Positions 1-12,652 are shown, numbered from the whole stretch's first letter. The stretch is 63,116 nucleotides of DNA, filler included, from Globobulimina sp. (GCA_003354225.1; 55 parts of 55 records of this genome joined end to end with filler, not necessarily neighbours in it); one strand, 5' to 3'. Notes: generated from the sequence alone by a model not told the origin. A program made the numbers and translations.

Positions 1-205
1 AAGATTTAATTTGATGAATAATAATTTATAAAAATTACAAAAATATTGTGATTTTATTTTGGTTGAATTTGTTTTGTTGTTATTTTTTGTTTCAGCAAAA
101 TTAAAAATGCTTTAAATCAATCTTTTTCTAATAGCTCAAGTGACTTCTACTCAACTTTTTTCATCTGATATCTGCATTTAAAACAACAATAAGAAAGGTC
201 GAACA

Positions 206-955
206 ATGCATGCTAAACGAAGCTTGGTATTTGGTTATGTGCGAGAATATTGCAAAACGAATCAGATTGAACTGATTCCAGCTGATATTATTAAATTATT
301 TTTATTATGGACATCATTACCTGATCATTTCGAAAAGTCTAAATGTCATCCAAACTTATTATTGGTCATTGACGAAAATGCAGCTTATGAAAGCATTAAA
401 CCAATGGTATCGGATGAATTTCAGTCAGCCATTGGACAAGGTCGTCGGATGAATTTAAACCAAGGTCATACGTATGCGTCAGCCATTGGACAACAAATAA
501 TCCATAAAGGACTCAAACAAGAATGGAATTTTCAAGTTAAAGAACTGTGTGGATTTTGTATTTTGATAGGAATTGTTGATAATGATGTTGTACAATCAAA
601 TGAATCTCTTGACGATTTTACCAGTGGCGAATATGAAGGATATGGTATTTATGGCGCATCGGGCGTCAAATATAACGGTGAAAGCAGTGAGACCACATAT
701 TCATACGCATCGCAATTTGATTTTGTAAAGAATGACAAAATTACCATGATATTGGATTTAACACAAAAAGAAAATAAAAATGGAGTTTTGAGTTTTATAT
801 TCCATGCCGCATTGAAAGAAACGGGTGATTTTGAAAATGAAAATGAAAATCACACAAACATTGCTTATGATAACATTGATATAGATAACGCCTATCGATG
901 CGCAATAGCTCTGCATACATCCATTGACGATGAAATCGCATTGCTTTTACAGTGA
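206..955 (+). CDS. Hypothetical protein with a probable SPRY/B30.2-like beta-sandwich domain
   Basis: Complete 249-aa ORF. N-terminal LVFGYVRE..IPADIIKL motif, then WNFQV, ILIGIVD, YGIYG, DKITMILDL, GVLSF, YRCAIAL, in SPRY-like order. Confidence 0.55.
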   Translation: MHAKRSLVFGYVREYCKTNQIELIPADIIKLFLLWTSLPDHFEKSKCHPNLLLVIDENAAYESIKPMVSDEFQSAIGQGRRMNLNQGHTYASAIGQQIIHKGLKQEWNFQVKELCGFCILIGIVDNDVVQSNESLDDFTSGEYEGYGIYGASGVKYNGESSETTYSYASQFDFVKNDKITMILDLTQKENKNGVLSFIFHAALKETGDFENENENHTNIAYDNIDIDNAYRCAIALHTSIDDEIALLLQ

Positions 956-1051
956 AAACCTTGCAAGTAACTTAGACTTTTGTCTTCAAAAAAAACTTTA
1001 AAATTCATTGAACAAAACTCACAATTAAAATTCTCACATTCTCCATTATTT

Positions 1052-1151
1052 NNNNNNNNNNNNNNNNNNNNNNNNNNNNNNNNNNNNNNNNNNNNTTAAT
1101 TAATTAANNNNNNNNNNNNNNNNNNNNNNNNNNNNNNNNNNNNNNNNNNNN
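1052..1151. other. Artificial contig linker N44-TTAATTAATTAA-N44 (first of 54, recurring about every 1150 bp)
   Basis: The same 100-nt spacer separates all contigs. TTAATTAATTAA places stops in all six frames, and contig lengths fall steadily from 1051 to 1048 bp. Confidence 0.99.
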
Positions 1152-2302
1152 ATACACCAAAACACCGTATTTCGTTCATTATATTTAGGCAACCAATTCG
1201 TAAGCGATTGACATCAATTTCGTTCTGTCCCACAGGCCAGACTATAAAGAATGTTTTAACTGACCTGGTATTTATCCATTGGTGTTATATGTCTTCGCAA
1301 TTGGTACATGTAGGGGGAATACAAGATCGAAGTTCGTCCTTTTCAACATGTCATACCATTTTTATTGATCTCAATGGCTGAACGGATGCACGACTATGTT
1401 GCAGTATAGTGTAAAAACGAATTTAAAAAAAAATTTAACTAAAAATTAGGAGAACGAAAACCTAAAAAACAATTATGGTCTAATAAAATGTGCTATTGAT
1501 TATTTATTTTGAATAGTAGCCGACCTTACGTTACATTTAAACCACTGGCACCAGACAAACCACTGTAATGACAACTCAACCCTATAACGTTAGTATTCAA
1601 ACGACCCATTCATAAAAGAATTTTACTTTAAAAAGGCTATGTAGGCGGCAGAGAAAGCAAATTGGTATGCGCCTACATTGTAATTACTTCTTACTTTACT
1701 ATATAATTTAAAAACCCATTTATTTATTTGAGATGTAGAAAACTACTTTACCACCTTTCCTATTAACAGGCAAATACCGTATTTTTGTACATATGGATGG
1801 TATAATTTACTGCATACTGTACTTAATGGATGGAAATTTAACAGCTGGCAATGATGAATTAGGCCATATGTAGGTTGTGCACACCTACGTGGTACTCCTG
1901 TCTGACGCGCACTCAGACAGTAGTACTAAATAGCCAATAACTACCACCAAAAATGTACGCCAAAATTGATTAAGTTTTAGCACACCAGCATCTTCCAGAA
2001 TTAATCAGAAACTGGTTGAAGCCTTTATTGGTTAAGCAAGTTTCGACTCCTATGTATGTATTTGATGTGTATACATACATATCCATCGAAACGGAACCAA
2101 CTGAATACTGAATGATTTAGCTATGATTTGATGAAATAAACCACAAATTGGTATAAGAGTACAGTTAGACAGCTATCTCAATATTATCGACAACGTCTGA
2201 TCNNNNNNNNNNNNNNNNNNNNNNNNNNNNNNNNNNNNNNNNNNNNTTAATTAATTAANNNNNNNNNNNNNNNNNNNNNNNNNNNNNNNNNNNNNNNNNN
2301 NN

Positions 2303-3352
2303 TATTCTCTGCTGCAAGGTGTCCAAGTTTCAAACGTCGCAGTCGCTTTTGATCCCTTAGACAGTCCTTACAAGCTTTATGATATTTCTTTCTCGTATTC
2401 CTCATGATATCAGCAACAATGCCTTGATCAGGACGACCATTTTCAACCCAGATATGATGCCAAAAAAGTGATGTGTTGCGTAAAGGCTCCACCATCTCTT
2501 TCCAACCGGCAACAGCATGCCCTCTAGGTGGTTTTGTACTTGGAATACAACTCTTCTCTCCATTAAGACATGAATCTATAATTTGTTGTCCGAAAATATC
2601 TATCAGTTGCTGATGGTGGCAATCCTTACACTCCAGAAATTCACAACCGGAAACAGAGTCGCCCAGCTGTACATTCCTAAGTAGTTGGGAAACACATCCA
2701 CCATATGCTAATTTTTGGGCATCATTGGCTTTGTGCCAAGCAACTTTTGGTTTAAATAGTCTATGTTTTGTTGTAGTCAAAATAAGGTTCATTTTAATCT
2801 CACAATTAATAAAACTGTGTCTTGATGGTGTGTCTGGGCGTTCATTAACACTTGCCCCTGACAACATACCAAACAACATTTCACTCAATAAAAAATGGTC
2901 AATTGTGGATTTAGGGCCGACATCGGAAAAAGAGTATGTTGGTTTCACCAGAGCACCTGGTAATTCATCCCACACACTTCTTAGTTTCCATCTATGGCAG
3001 AATATTTTCAGCATTTCAGTCTGAGCAGAATTCCGAGAAAAATCGGGGTTGAAATCACCACCTATAAAGACATGATCTGGATTATTACCCTGAATCAGGT
3101 CATCAAGACGCTCGATTTCAAACTGGTACTCGTCGCTTAGAGTATTCCTGTTATATGTATCACATGGGAAATATAATGAAACAAATAACACAGAGCAGTA
3201 ATCCAAATGCATCAAAACTGCGCATACGCGTTTACTATTTAGGGGGATTGGCTCAATACTTGCTTTCAATTGTTTTCGCTACAAAACTGCAACACCACCA
3301 TAAGGTCTGCCTTGTAAAATTTCATTTTCATTCATACCAGAAAGTGCGTTAC
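2303..3352 (-). mobile_element. Non-LTR retrotransposon (LINE) ORF2 fragment: AP-endonuclease domain and linker, degenerate copy
   Basis: Motifs GRPYGGVAVL, SLYFPC, FIGGDFN, STIDHFLLS, SRH, then GWKEMV..FWHHIW..GRP. An in-frame TAG at 3279-3281 sits at the position that is normally Trp. Confidence 0.9.
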
Positions 3353-3523
3353 NNNNNNNNNNNNNNNNNNNNNNNNNNNNNNNNNNNNNNNNNNNNTTAA
3401 TTAATTAANNNNNNNNNNNNNNNNNNNNNNNNNNNNNNNNNNNNNNNNNNNNAATGTAGTTAATAAATAAGATTTATTAGGAAATCAGACCAGTATTAAA
3501 TATAATTAGTAAATCACATAATG

Positions 3524-4391
3524 TTAGTATGGCTGTGGGGTTATTTCTATGTTTAATCTGTTATCTTTTTCACTCCATCCAAAAAATGTCGATACAGTAT
3601 ATCTGAAACATATAAAATATATAATCCATACATTGTGTACGTCTAAAACTATTGTCATACCCTCTCTGTTAAGTTTTCCGTTCTTGGCCTCGTATTCGAA
3701 GGCGCAAACATAAATAAATCCATAATGTGATCTTCCTTTTACACTTCCCCATCGCATTTTCCTAACTTTTATGACAGATTTCATCACATCAAGATATCCA
3801 TTGTTACGTAAATTCTTGCACACAAAATTGATTGCCGCAAACGTTCCAGATCTAAATTAAACAATAAATATACTGTATTAATGTTACTGTAGAGTACAGT
3901 ACTTACCGTAATACTCCTGAACAACATTGTAATACGGTCGGCATCTCTGGTGTTTTCGTTGTATCTGTATGGCCATATGCTGTTGAGACATTATCACTTT
4001 TATTTCCGGATGTACTACTTGTCATATGATTGATTGATGTATCTTTTTGCCATAAAACCTCCATAAAATCCAAAATACTGTGAACGGGCGGAAGGCCATC
4101 AATCGGCCATTTGAGATAATGTAATAAATGAATGGTTCGAGTGTCCTTTTTAGCACTTTGTTGGCTTTTTGATTCCACATACAATTGGTATTCATCATAA
4201 TCTCCTACATGTGTCACACATTTGTTAACTATTTTAATTAGCGGTCCAATTCCAAATTTTAACATCTTCTTCTGTTTTTCTGGCCAGTAATAGAGAAATT
4301 CTTCTGAAAACATAGATATTGTAGGTATGTACATGCAGTACGTATAATCATCGTCACCCGCAAATTGTATATTCCTAAATGAAACATACAT
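3524..4391 (-). CDS. Divergent protein tyrosine phosphatase domain, 5' partial, intron 3852-3906
   Basis: YYWPE, HYLKWPIDGLP and PTVLQCCSGVLR. A 55-nt GTAAGT..TTAG intron joins this to SGTFAAINFVCKNLR..DVMKSVIKVRKMR. Confidence 0.8.
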
Positions 4392-4602
4392 AGTTGTGGT
4401 TGGTCCGCCGGCTAGAGGGGGGGCGGGGTGGAACCTGCGTGAGACCTAAGTAGATAGGCCATTAGGGGGGGCAAAGTAGAAAAATAGCCAAAAATTGGTA
4501 GGNNNNNNNNNNNNNNNNNNNNNNNNNNNNNNNNNNNNNNNNNNNNTTAATTAATTAANNNNNNNNNNNNNNNNNNNNNNNNNNNNNNNNNNNNNNNNNN
4601 NN

Positions 4603-5213
4603 TTTTCGGCGATGTAAGCGACAAAAAACATCGCGAGATTTTGATAGGATGGACGCTGACAATGACAATGATGATGATGAGGAAAACAAAAAAGAAGAAG
4701 AAGAAGAAGAAGAAGATAAATTTGATGAAGATTACAAGCCCAAACTATTGGATGTTGCTCTAAATGATATGAATAATAATCATTGCCGCAATTTGTCAAT
4801 GCGTTCGTGGGTCAGCGGCATTGAAGAGATTACGACCAATACCCAATCTTTTGAAGGCTTTTTAATTCGCAAAATCGGACAAAATGATGATAAAATTGGG
4901 GAGAAAATATATTTTCGTTTAAGTGATGATACTTTGGAATTTAGTAAAATTGACGAAATAATCGGGAAAAACGATATTAATAAATTGCATTGTTCAAATA
5001 TTATGGGTACGATATCTGTTGAACATATAAAAAATGTCGAAATGATTGATGATAACCAGAATAATAAATTTATCATCACATTCAATGAAAACGCATATGT
5101 GACTCAATGGATATTGCAAACTGAAAAAAACAACAAAGGAAATGCTATAAAATGGGTAAATATCTTACAAACCGCACAAAAAGAAGCTAGAGATATTGCA
5201 AAAACAATAAATT

Positions 5214-5244
<31 letters not shown>

Positions 5245-5473
5245 GGAGCAACAAATTGGCAAAAAAAGGAAAAACAAAAAAAAACTCGGCGGCTCACTGA
5301 AAGCATTACAAAAAATGATAAATGATGAAACCATCCAAGAATTAGAAATGGCAGGAAATCATGAAATGAATTCGAAAAACTTAGATATTACTAAAGATAT
5401 GATCGACTTACAAAATAAAAATGAGATTACTAATCGAGCCAATAATTCCGGCTGTTCTTGTTTATGCTTGTAA
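4603..5473 (+). CDS. PH-domain protein, 3' part, with a Cys-rich CaaX-like C-terminus
   Basis: FEGFLIRK..KIYFRL..LEFSK..MGTISV..FIIT..WILQT..KWVNIL follows the PH pattern. The protein ends SGCSCLCL. Confidence 0.75.
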
Positions 5474-5752
5474 TTCAAAAATAAAATGTGTTTTTTTAAG
5501 ATCCTGCTAAGACATAACCACCCACTGGTTTCATAATGAAATGTTAAATTTTTTCTGTGAAAACCTTTCAAGTAAGTTAAAGGGCGACTACAGGAGACGG
5601 ATTTGCCCAGAACTGGCTGCAAGTCGTCAAATTATTTAGGTTAAATTCCTTGNNNNNNNNNNNNNNNNNNNNNNNNNNNNNNNNNNNNNNNNNNNNTTAA
5701 TTAATTAANNNNNNNNNNNNNNNNNNNNNNNNNNNNNNNNNNNNNNNNNNNN

Positions 5753-6522
5753 CATTCATGGCCAAACATTTCAAATTCAAAGGAGAATGGATCAAAACAG
5801 GACCACTCCCACTTATTATCCACTGTGTCATATTTGAACCATATGGGTGAGATTTCTGGTTCATTTATTCCATCATAACAAATGCAAATTGTTTCATTTT
5901 CATTTCCATGCTCTAATATTGGTCCTTTTAAATGTTTTAAATCTTCAATCTCTGGAAATATTGCCTTCATTTTATGTATTTCATCCACTTTATTTGGATA
6001 TAAATGATAATTTAATTCAGAATAAACTTGATATTTCTTGCTTACATCATTGATTTGTTTTGTTGCATTATCTAAAACATTGGCCATTTCATAAAAAACT
6101 TGAATTGCTTCGTTTATTTTATATAATCTTTGCGAATCGGATTTGATTTTATTTAATGTTTCTTCCATTGCATGAGTCGCCATTTCATTATCATTTATTG
6201 TCGTAATCACATCAATGGTCGAATCGCACAAATTGTTTGACGCAACAATTAAATTTTCAAATGTTGTGCAGAATTTATTTGAGTATGATGGGTATAAATA
6301 TAAGTTTCCATTAAAATTGTCCATGCTCATACTAAATTTCTCTTGAATTGATTCAAATTTACTCACTATATCTTCATGCAAATCGTTAAATTGTTGCATT
6401 GATTGTTTTAACAATTCCAATTTCTCCATCTGAAGGTTGTGACATTTAGAAATGTTAACGTTAAAGAGAGAAACGGTGGAATTGGATCTGGATAGCCTCG
6501 CTATTACATTTTTAGAGAACAT
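5753..6522 (-). CDS. Hypothetical protein with a coiled-coil N-terminal half, 3' partial
   Basis: Long ORF with a heptad-like helical segment. No family recognised. Confidence 0.55.
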
Positions 6523-6902
6523 TGCCAGTATTTCTGCTCTCCAACACCGACCGGATTTAATTTGTCGATGAACAAAAAAGATTTATTTAAGCTGACTGAC
6601 TCTCAATTAAAAAACATTCTATATAACATTATGTATACTACTATAATAAACAAAAACACTTTTTTTTAAGTTGTATGAGTCTTTAAATAAATGGTAGAAT
6701 CTCTATTAATGGCATATTCAAGAAACGTTTCCCCATTTTCTAAGGGTTTCCCCTCATACACCAATACTTGTAGCTCAATGGAGATACCATTCCACTCAAA
6801 AANNNNNNNNNNNNNNNNNNNNNNNNNNNNNNNNNNNNNNNNNNNNTTAATTAATTAANNNNNNNNNNNNNNNNNNNNNNNNNNNNNNNNNNNNNNNNNN
6901 NN

Positions 6903-7784
6903 GGTGATGACAATGGATGCATCAAAATATGGAAAATATATTCCGGTATAAATTGCATAACATTTGGAGCGGCTCATTGCAAATCAGTGACATGTTTGTC
7001 ATTTAATAATGATGGAACCCAAATACTTTCATCCTCCATTGACCACAGCATAAAGATTCACGGTTTAAAATCAAAGCGAATATTAAAAGAGTTCAAAGGA
7101 CACAAATCCTTTGTAAATAAGGTGTTATATATGAATAATTACGAAGGCATAGTGTCGTGCTGTGCTGATGGAAGTATTCGAATATGGAATGCGGAAACAA
7201 CGGACTGTATTCATCAAATTAATAATATCCATAAAATGGCAGTACATAATATCGCCAATCCAATGGAGCAATATTTGGATCAACAGTATGCTTCAAATAA
7301 TAATAATGATGTACCTGCAATAAAGGCATCAAATGTGATATCGATTAGAAGTATGATAGCAAATCCAATGAATAAACAAACAAAAGAAGAGGAGGTTTAT
7401 GTGATACTGTCAAGTAACAGCTATGTTATATATTTATTAAATGTTAAAACTGGGAAACTAATTAAAAAAATGGAATCGGAGAAATTGAAAAAATATCTAT
7501 TAAATAAGCAACAAAGTGGAGAATGCGAGGATCATTATTTTGGAGATATTGTGTCCTCTGCGTACGGCAATTATTTATATGTTTTGGGTGAACCGGATCA
7601 TATTTTGTATTGTTTTAATACGTTGAAGAAAAATAAAAAAAAGAAAAATAATAAAGAGAGCGACTTCTTATCAAATGCGATTAAAATACATAATGAAAAC
7701 GTTACTCGCATCGCGCATCATCCACATAGAAATATTCTTGCTTCGATTAGTAATGATAGAAAGCTAAAGATTTGGAGAGCATAA
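6903..7784 (+). CDS. SMU1: WD40 spliceosomal protein SMU1, C-terminal part
   Basis: IKIWKIYSG..AHCKSVTCLSF..QILSSSIDHSIKIHGLKSKRILKEFKGHKSFVN and the end HHPHRNILASISNDRKLKIWRA match the SMU1 signature. The frame is open from the contig start. Confidence 0.88.
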   Translation, partial: GDDNGCIKIWKIYSGINCITFGAAHCKSVTCLSFNNDGTQILSSSIDHSIKIHGLKSKRILKEFKGHKSFVNKVLYMNNYEGIVSCCADGSIRIWNAETTDCIHQINNIHKMAVHNIANPMEQYLDQQYASNNNNDVPAIKASNVISIRSMIANPMNKQTKEEEVYVILSSNSYVIYLLNVKTGKLIKKMESEKLKKYLLNKQQSGECEDHYFGDIVSSAYGNYLYVLGEPDHILYCFNTLKKNKKKKNNKESDFLSNAIKIHNENVTRIAHHPHRNILASISNDRKLKIWRA

Positions 7785-8052
7785 CATTTTTATCAGAATT
7801 TGAGATAACACTTCCTTTATTTTGGAGCCATCAATTGTAACATCACCAGGCTTTAATAAAAGCATTCGATTTGCAAATATTTTCCCTAATGTTTCTTTTG
7901 TGGTGCCATGTAATGATATGTGCCAATGGGAAAATACTTTATTCCTTTTTTCNNNNNNNNNNNNNNNNNNNNNNNNNNNNNNNNNNNNNNNNNNNNTTAA
8001 TTAATTAANNNNNNNNNNNNNNNNNNNNNNNNNNNNNNNNNNNNNNNNNNNN

Positions 8053-8202
<150 letters not shown>

Positions 8203-8325
8203 TGAGAGGAACGTAGGAAAAGGTTGTGGAAATTGCGAAATGGCATGCATTCAGTCGATATGCTAGATTTATATTCAAAAAAAAAATTTTAAAGGGAAAA
8301 ATGCAGTTTTTAAATTATTTGCCTA

Positions 8326-8514
8326 AATAACATAAACCCACTGCATTTGGTGTCTTATATCAATATTTCTCCAAAAATAGGATTTGATTTATCACTATTC
8401 GAAGTTAAATATATATAGATATTTCATATTTTTAAGTTCGAATAGTGATAAATCAAATCCTATTTTTGGAGAAATATTGATATAAGACACCAAATGCAGT
8501 GGGTTTATGTTATT
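8326..8514. repeat. 189-bp hairpin with 78-bp perfect inverted arms
   Basis: 8326-8403 (aataacataaaccc...ctattcgaa) is the exact reverse complement of 8437-8514. The spacer is AT-rich. Confidence 0.95.
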
Positions 8515-9102
8515 ATTACCTCAGAAAAATGTAAACAATGAGGTAAGACCATATAGACAATATACTATGGAATGTATTGAGTGTCAGCGAGAATTTCTGT
8601 TTGCGATTGATTTTGAAACTCATATGTGGCTCAAACATCGTATAAGAAAAGCATTTAAATGCAATCAATGCGATAAAAGTTATGGTTCAAAAGGAAGTGT
8701 TATACAACATATTGAAAAGAAACATTTGAATAAAGTAAATTATGAATGTGATGATTGTGGGAAACAGTTTCATGATAAATTTCATTGGAAAAGACATTGC
8801 CTAATTCATAAAGAAGAGCGATCATTTAAATGTTCATTATGTAATAAAGGATTTAAACAAAAGAATGTTTTAAATAAACATATTAAATATACGCATAGTG
8901 ATAATAAACCATATCAATGCAATCAATGTGATTCATCATTTAAAACAAATTATACTTTAACAAGACATATTCGTTCCGTTCATAATAAAGAGAAAAGATT
9001 TGAATGTGATATTTGTCACAAACAATTTTATAATAAAGGTAATTGGAGAACACATTATCGAATACATACAGGTGAAAAACCATATAAATGTGATATTTGT
9101 GA
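8507..9102 (+). CDS. Tandem C2H2 zinc-finger protein, partial
   Basis: Six complete CxxC..HxxxH fingers with linkers such as HTGEKPY, and a seventh begun at the contig end. Confidence 0.95.
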
Positions 9103-10369
9103 NNNNNNNNNNNNNNNNNNNNNNNNNNNNNNNNNNNNNNNNNNNNTTAATTAATTAANNNNNNNNNNNNNNNNNNNNNNNNNNNNNNNNNNNNNNNNNN
9201 NNATCACTTTTTTACATAACTTTACGAAAATAGACCTCTGGTGATTTATCTTGGAGGCGCTAAAGCCGGATTGCCAAAAACTTTTCAAATCTTATTTTCT
9301 TCAGATGAAATCGTTTATTTTCATATAATAAAAGTATATAAAGATGTTTTGAGCTGAGCTGTGCTGTCTGCTGTAATGTGTCACAGAACCTGACTCATCA
9401 ATGGTCAATCAAAACTGGTTTACCATAAATTGTATTTGGATGGTAAAAACCATATTTGCGTTTTTTATGGTCTGCCTGATTGATGTTCTATCTCTCATGT
9501 GTTTTTAAAACTGTCTGTCTGGACTGTTACGCGACATGCCTCACTACTTTGAGTCAGTAAGATAAAAGTGTATGCAAATTGAAAATAAATATTGTTTGGA
9601 GTATTTTGAAGCTAAATTGACTAGGTTAAATTTTCTGAGTCAGACGCATTGCATCTGGTGTCATAAAAAGTTTTAAATCGATTTCGCCTGGCAACATAAC
9701 TGTGTCAGCTGACTGACTAAGCTATAGTTTACGTGCTTTCCCTTCGTTTAAAAATAATAATATAATCTTGGTGTGCTTTGCAGTAAAGGTAAATATATTT
9801 ATAAATATAAATATATAAATTTACGTATTGTCAAATTTGAACTGAGAAATTATATTTGTATAGTATATTATTGCTGCTCAACTGGTGAATATTTGTCAGT
9901 TAGAATGAATATTCTCCATTTATTACTATGTATGTAGCATTTATCTCAAGAATTATATTTATGGCTGCATCAAAATATTTCATGGATCAAAATCAAAATA
10001 TTTTTGGTGCATTTACTGAATTGGGGTAACTTATTATAATACTACATAACGTTTCTTATAAACAAATTCTGCTGCTGACAACATTGTGCGTCTAAACTTT
10101 CAAACTGATATGTATTTTTTAAATTTTTAAATTTTAGCATAAAGTGGTAAAGATGGGTCTGCTAATTTTCACTGGTTTATTCTCTGCAATTTTTTTCTGT
10201 GAAACTCTTGGTATCAAGTGTCGAGACATGAGTTACTGCAATGAGTACATGCNNNNNNNNNNNNNNNNNNNNNNNNNNNNNNNNNNNNNNNNNNNNTTAA
10301 TTAATTAANNNNNNNNNNNNNNNNNNNNNNNNNNNNNNNNNNNNNNNNNNNNTTAATATTCTCTATGAT

Positions 10370-11131
10370 TTGTCTAGATCATTCATATCATGCAATATAT
10401 ATATATATATAGATACAACATCTATATATGTCACTGAAGAGCAATTAGCATATTGTGCAGTAACAAATGCTGCGAATTGTAATGCCCCATTAACATTTGA
10501 ACAAGATATTTATTGTTGTTCATATGTTTTAGGATTGGAGACAAATGATATTACATCACAAGAAGAGTTATATAAAAATATCAAATTGGTAAGAGATTTA
10601 AATATTGCATCATTTGCAGGTGATTGGTTCTTTGTTATAATTGCATGCATTGTATTTGGTGTATTAACAGACCAAAAAGGCGCAAAAAATGCAAGATTTA
10701 TACCTTTGTATATTACTTTAGTCGGCAGTTTATTGGATGTCTGTATTACCTTTAGTGTGGTTGGTGTAATTGCTCACAATTCGTTGATTGAATCCATCAA
10801 TGGCTTATATGAGGAAGCATGTTATTCATCTGGTTTAGATGCGACATTATTTGATTTACAGTCGCAATTTGAAACAATATTGGTATTGGATGTAACGGAA
10901 GGCGTTGTTGATATTATCAGTTTATGTGTTCTTATCGGAGGTAAATTTTATGGTAATGCAATGGTTGGCAGTTGTACCGAGGGAATCCATGCATTTATGT
11001 TTATTGTATTTGATTTAGCAATTATCACAATTAATGTTGCGGTATATGTAGTGCCCGCATATAATGCGTTTGAGTCAACATATAGTGATAGTTCATATTT
11101 ATGTTTTGAAAAAGTAATATCTACAATCTAA
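10370..11131 (+). CDS. Hypothetical four-TM membrane protein, 5' partial
   Basis: Four hydrophobic helices with Cys-containing loops. The 5' end looks intronic (AT repeat ending in AG). Confidence 0.65.
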   Translation: MSRSFISCNIYIYIDTTSIYVTEEQLAYCAVTNAANCNAPLTFEQDIYCCSYVLGLETNDITSQEELYKNIKLVRDLNIASFAGDWFFVIIACIVFGVLTDQKGAKNARFIPLYITLVGSLLDVCITFSVVGVIAHNSLIESINGLYEEACYSSGLDATLFDLQSQFETILVLDVTEGVVDIISLCVLIGGKFYGNAMVGSCTEGIHAFMFIVFDLAIITINVAVYVVPAYNAFESTYSDSSYLCFEKVISTI

Positions 11132-11713
11132 TCTCTATTAAAATTCAAATTTGTTTTTGTTGTACTGGTGCACTATGATATAGGGTGTGCTGGTTTGTAA
11201 TTTATATAATTTTAATTGACCACTCGCTTCGAAAAAATCAGATTGTAATAAATATGTATACGGAAAAATGATAAGCCAGATATGTGTGAATGATATGCTA
11301 TGGCCATGCCAGATAAGCACCAATTAATCGTTAATCACCATTTCAGACATTCAGAGAGTTATTGACCCATTTCTAGCTTCACAAAAAGATTTCTTTATAC
11401 TANNNNNNNNNNNNNNNNNNNNNNNNNNNNNNNNNNNNNNNNNNNNTTAATTAATTAANNNNNNNNNNNNNNNNNNNNNNNNNNNNNNNNNNNNNNNNNN
11501 NNGTCTCCAGACGGTGTTTTTGTTCCTAAACCTGTGTAAATACAAGTTATTAGTTATAGTTATAGACTACTTTAGAACACTCTTTTTTTTTGAAACATAA
11601 TTTTTTTGCGATGAAACTAAAGAGGAAGTGATCACCATCTTCCGTGTGTGCGAGGATAATTCAAACGTTTCTAAAGTACATAAAGTTTTCGGCACTAGCT
11701 TAGTAACGTTGTA

Positions 11714-12552
11714 ATGGCTCTGTTGCTTTGTTTGTTGTATTTAGCATTTGCGCGATGCATATGTGATTCATATATTTTGTCGAATGGCCAATTAAGAATT
11801 GTATCATTAACAGACACATGCAATATTGGTACAATTGAAATTAATGATCATACAAACGGATGGACAAAAATTACATCAACTTCTCATTGTTCATTATCAA
11901 CAAATTCTTCATTTAATTCCATATTCGGTGACACTATTTGTAAACAATTAGGATTTAATGGATTAAATTGGTTCGATGCGGCACAAAATGAACCTAATTC
12001 ACAAAATATCGTTCAAACTGGTACGTTTTTTATGTTGATTGTTTTTCTGCGATTTTGCGAATATAAAAACACGTACAGGTTATAATAACATTTATTGCGA
12101 TGCAAATATAACCGATATATGCAAACAATGTGTATTTAAATATGAGGATGAAATTATACAAGATTGTGATGATTGGGATGTGTGGATACAATGCGAAGGA
12201 AATAGCAATTTAAACTGTATTGATACCGATGAATATGTTGAAGAAAATATAGAATCTAAATGTAATTATCATTATAAACAAAGGGATATTGTATCATATA
12301 ATTTAGCATCAAAACCATTTTACGAGGATAAGACATTTATTTTGGTGGTAGTTATTATTGGATTTGTGCTGTTATCGTGTTGTACGATATGTATTCTTAA
12401 TTATGTACAGACGGAACATAAGAAATGTATGCAATGTCGATCATGTATCATATGTTTAAGTTGTAAATGTTTTGCGTATGAAGGTGGTGATGCGAAACCT
12501 GTACCATTTGATGTATCAGATAAACGAAAAGCAGAACTTAAAGCACGGCAAA
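11714..12552 (+). CDS. Single-pass receptor-like protein with an SRCR-like ectodomain, intron 12021-12078
   Basis: Signal peptide, GQLRIV..GTIEI..GWTKI..TICKQLGF. A 58-nt GT-AG intron restores the frame to NNIYC..C..DVWIQCE, followed by a TM helix and a Cys-rich tail. Confidence 0.65.
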
Positions 12553-12652
12553 NNNNNNNNNNNNNNNNNNNNNNNNNNNNNNNNNNNNNNNNNNNNTTAA
12601 TTAATTAANNNNNNNNNNNNNNNNNNNNNNNNNNNNNNNNNNNNNNNNNNNN

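Noticed and set aside
1096..1107. Regularly spaced TTAATTAATTAA as a biological repeat or CRISPR-like array
   Set aside because: It is always embedded in N runs of fixed length and is an artificial six-frame-stop linker. ORFs ending in X..LIN are linker artefacts.
1152..2202. Possible exons in contig 2
   Set aside because: Only short open frames with no recognisable motif on either strand.
9203..10252. Several TGACTCA/TGAGTCA (AP-1-like) sites in a non-coding contig
   Set aside because: Short motifs with no linked gene or taxonomic context. A regulatory role cannot be supported.
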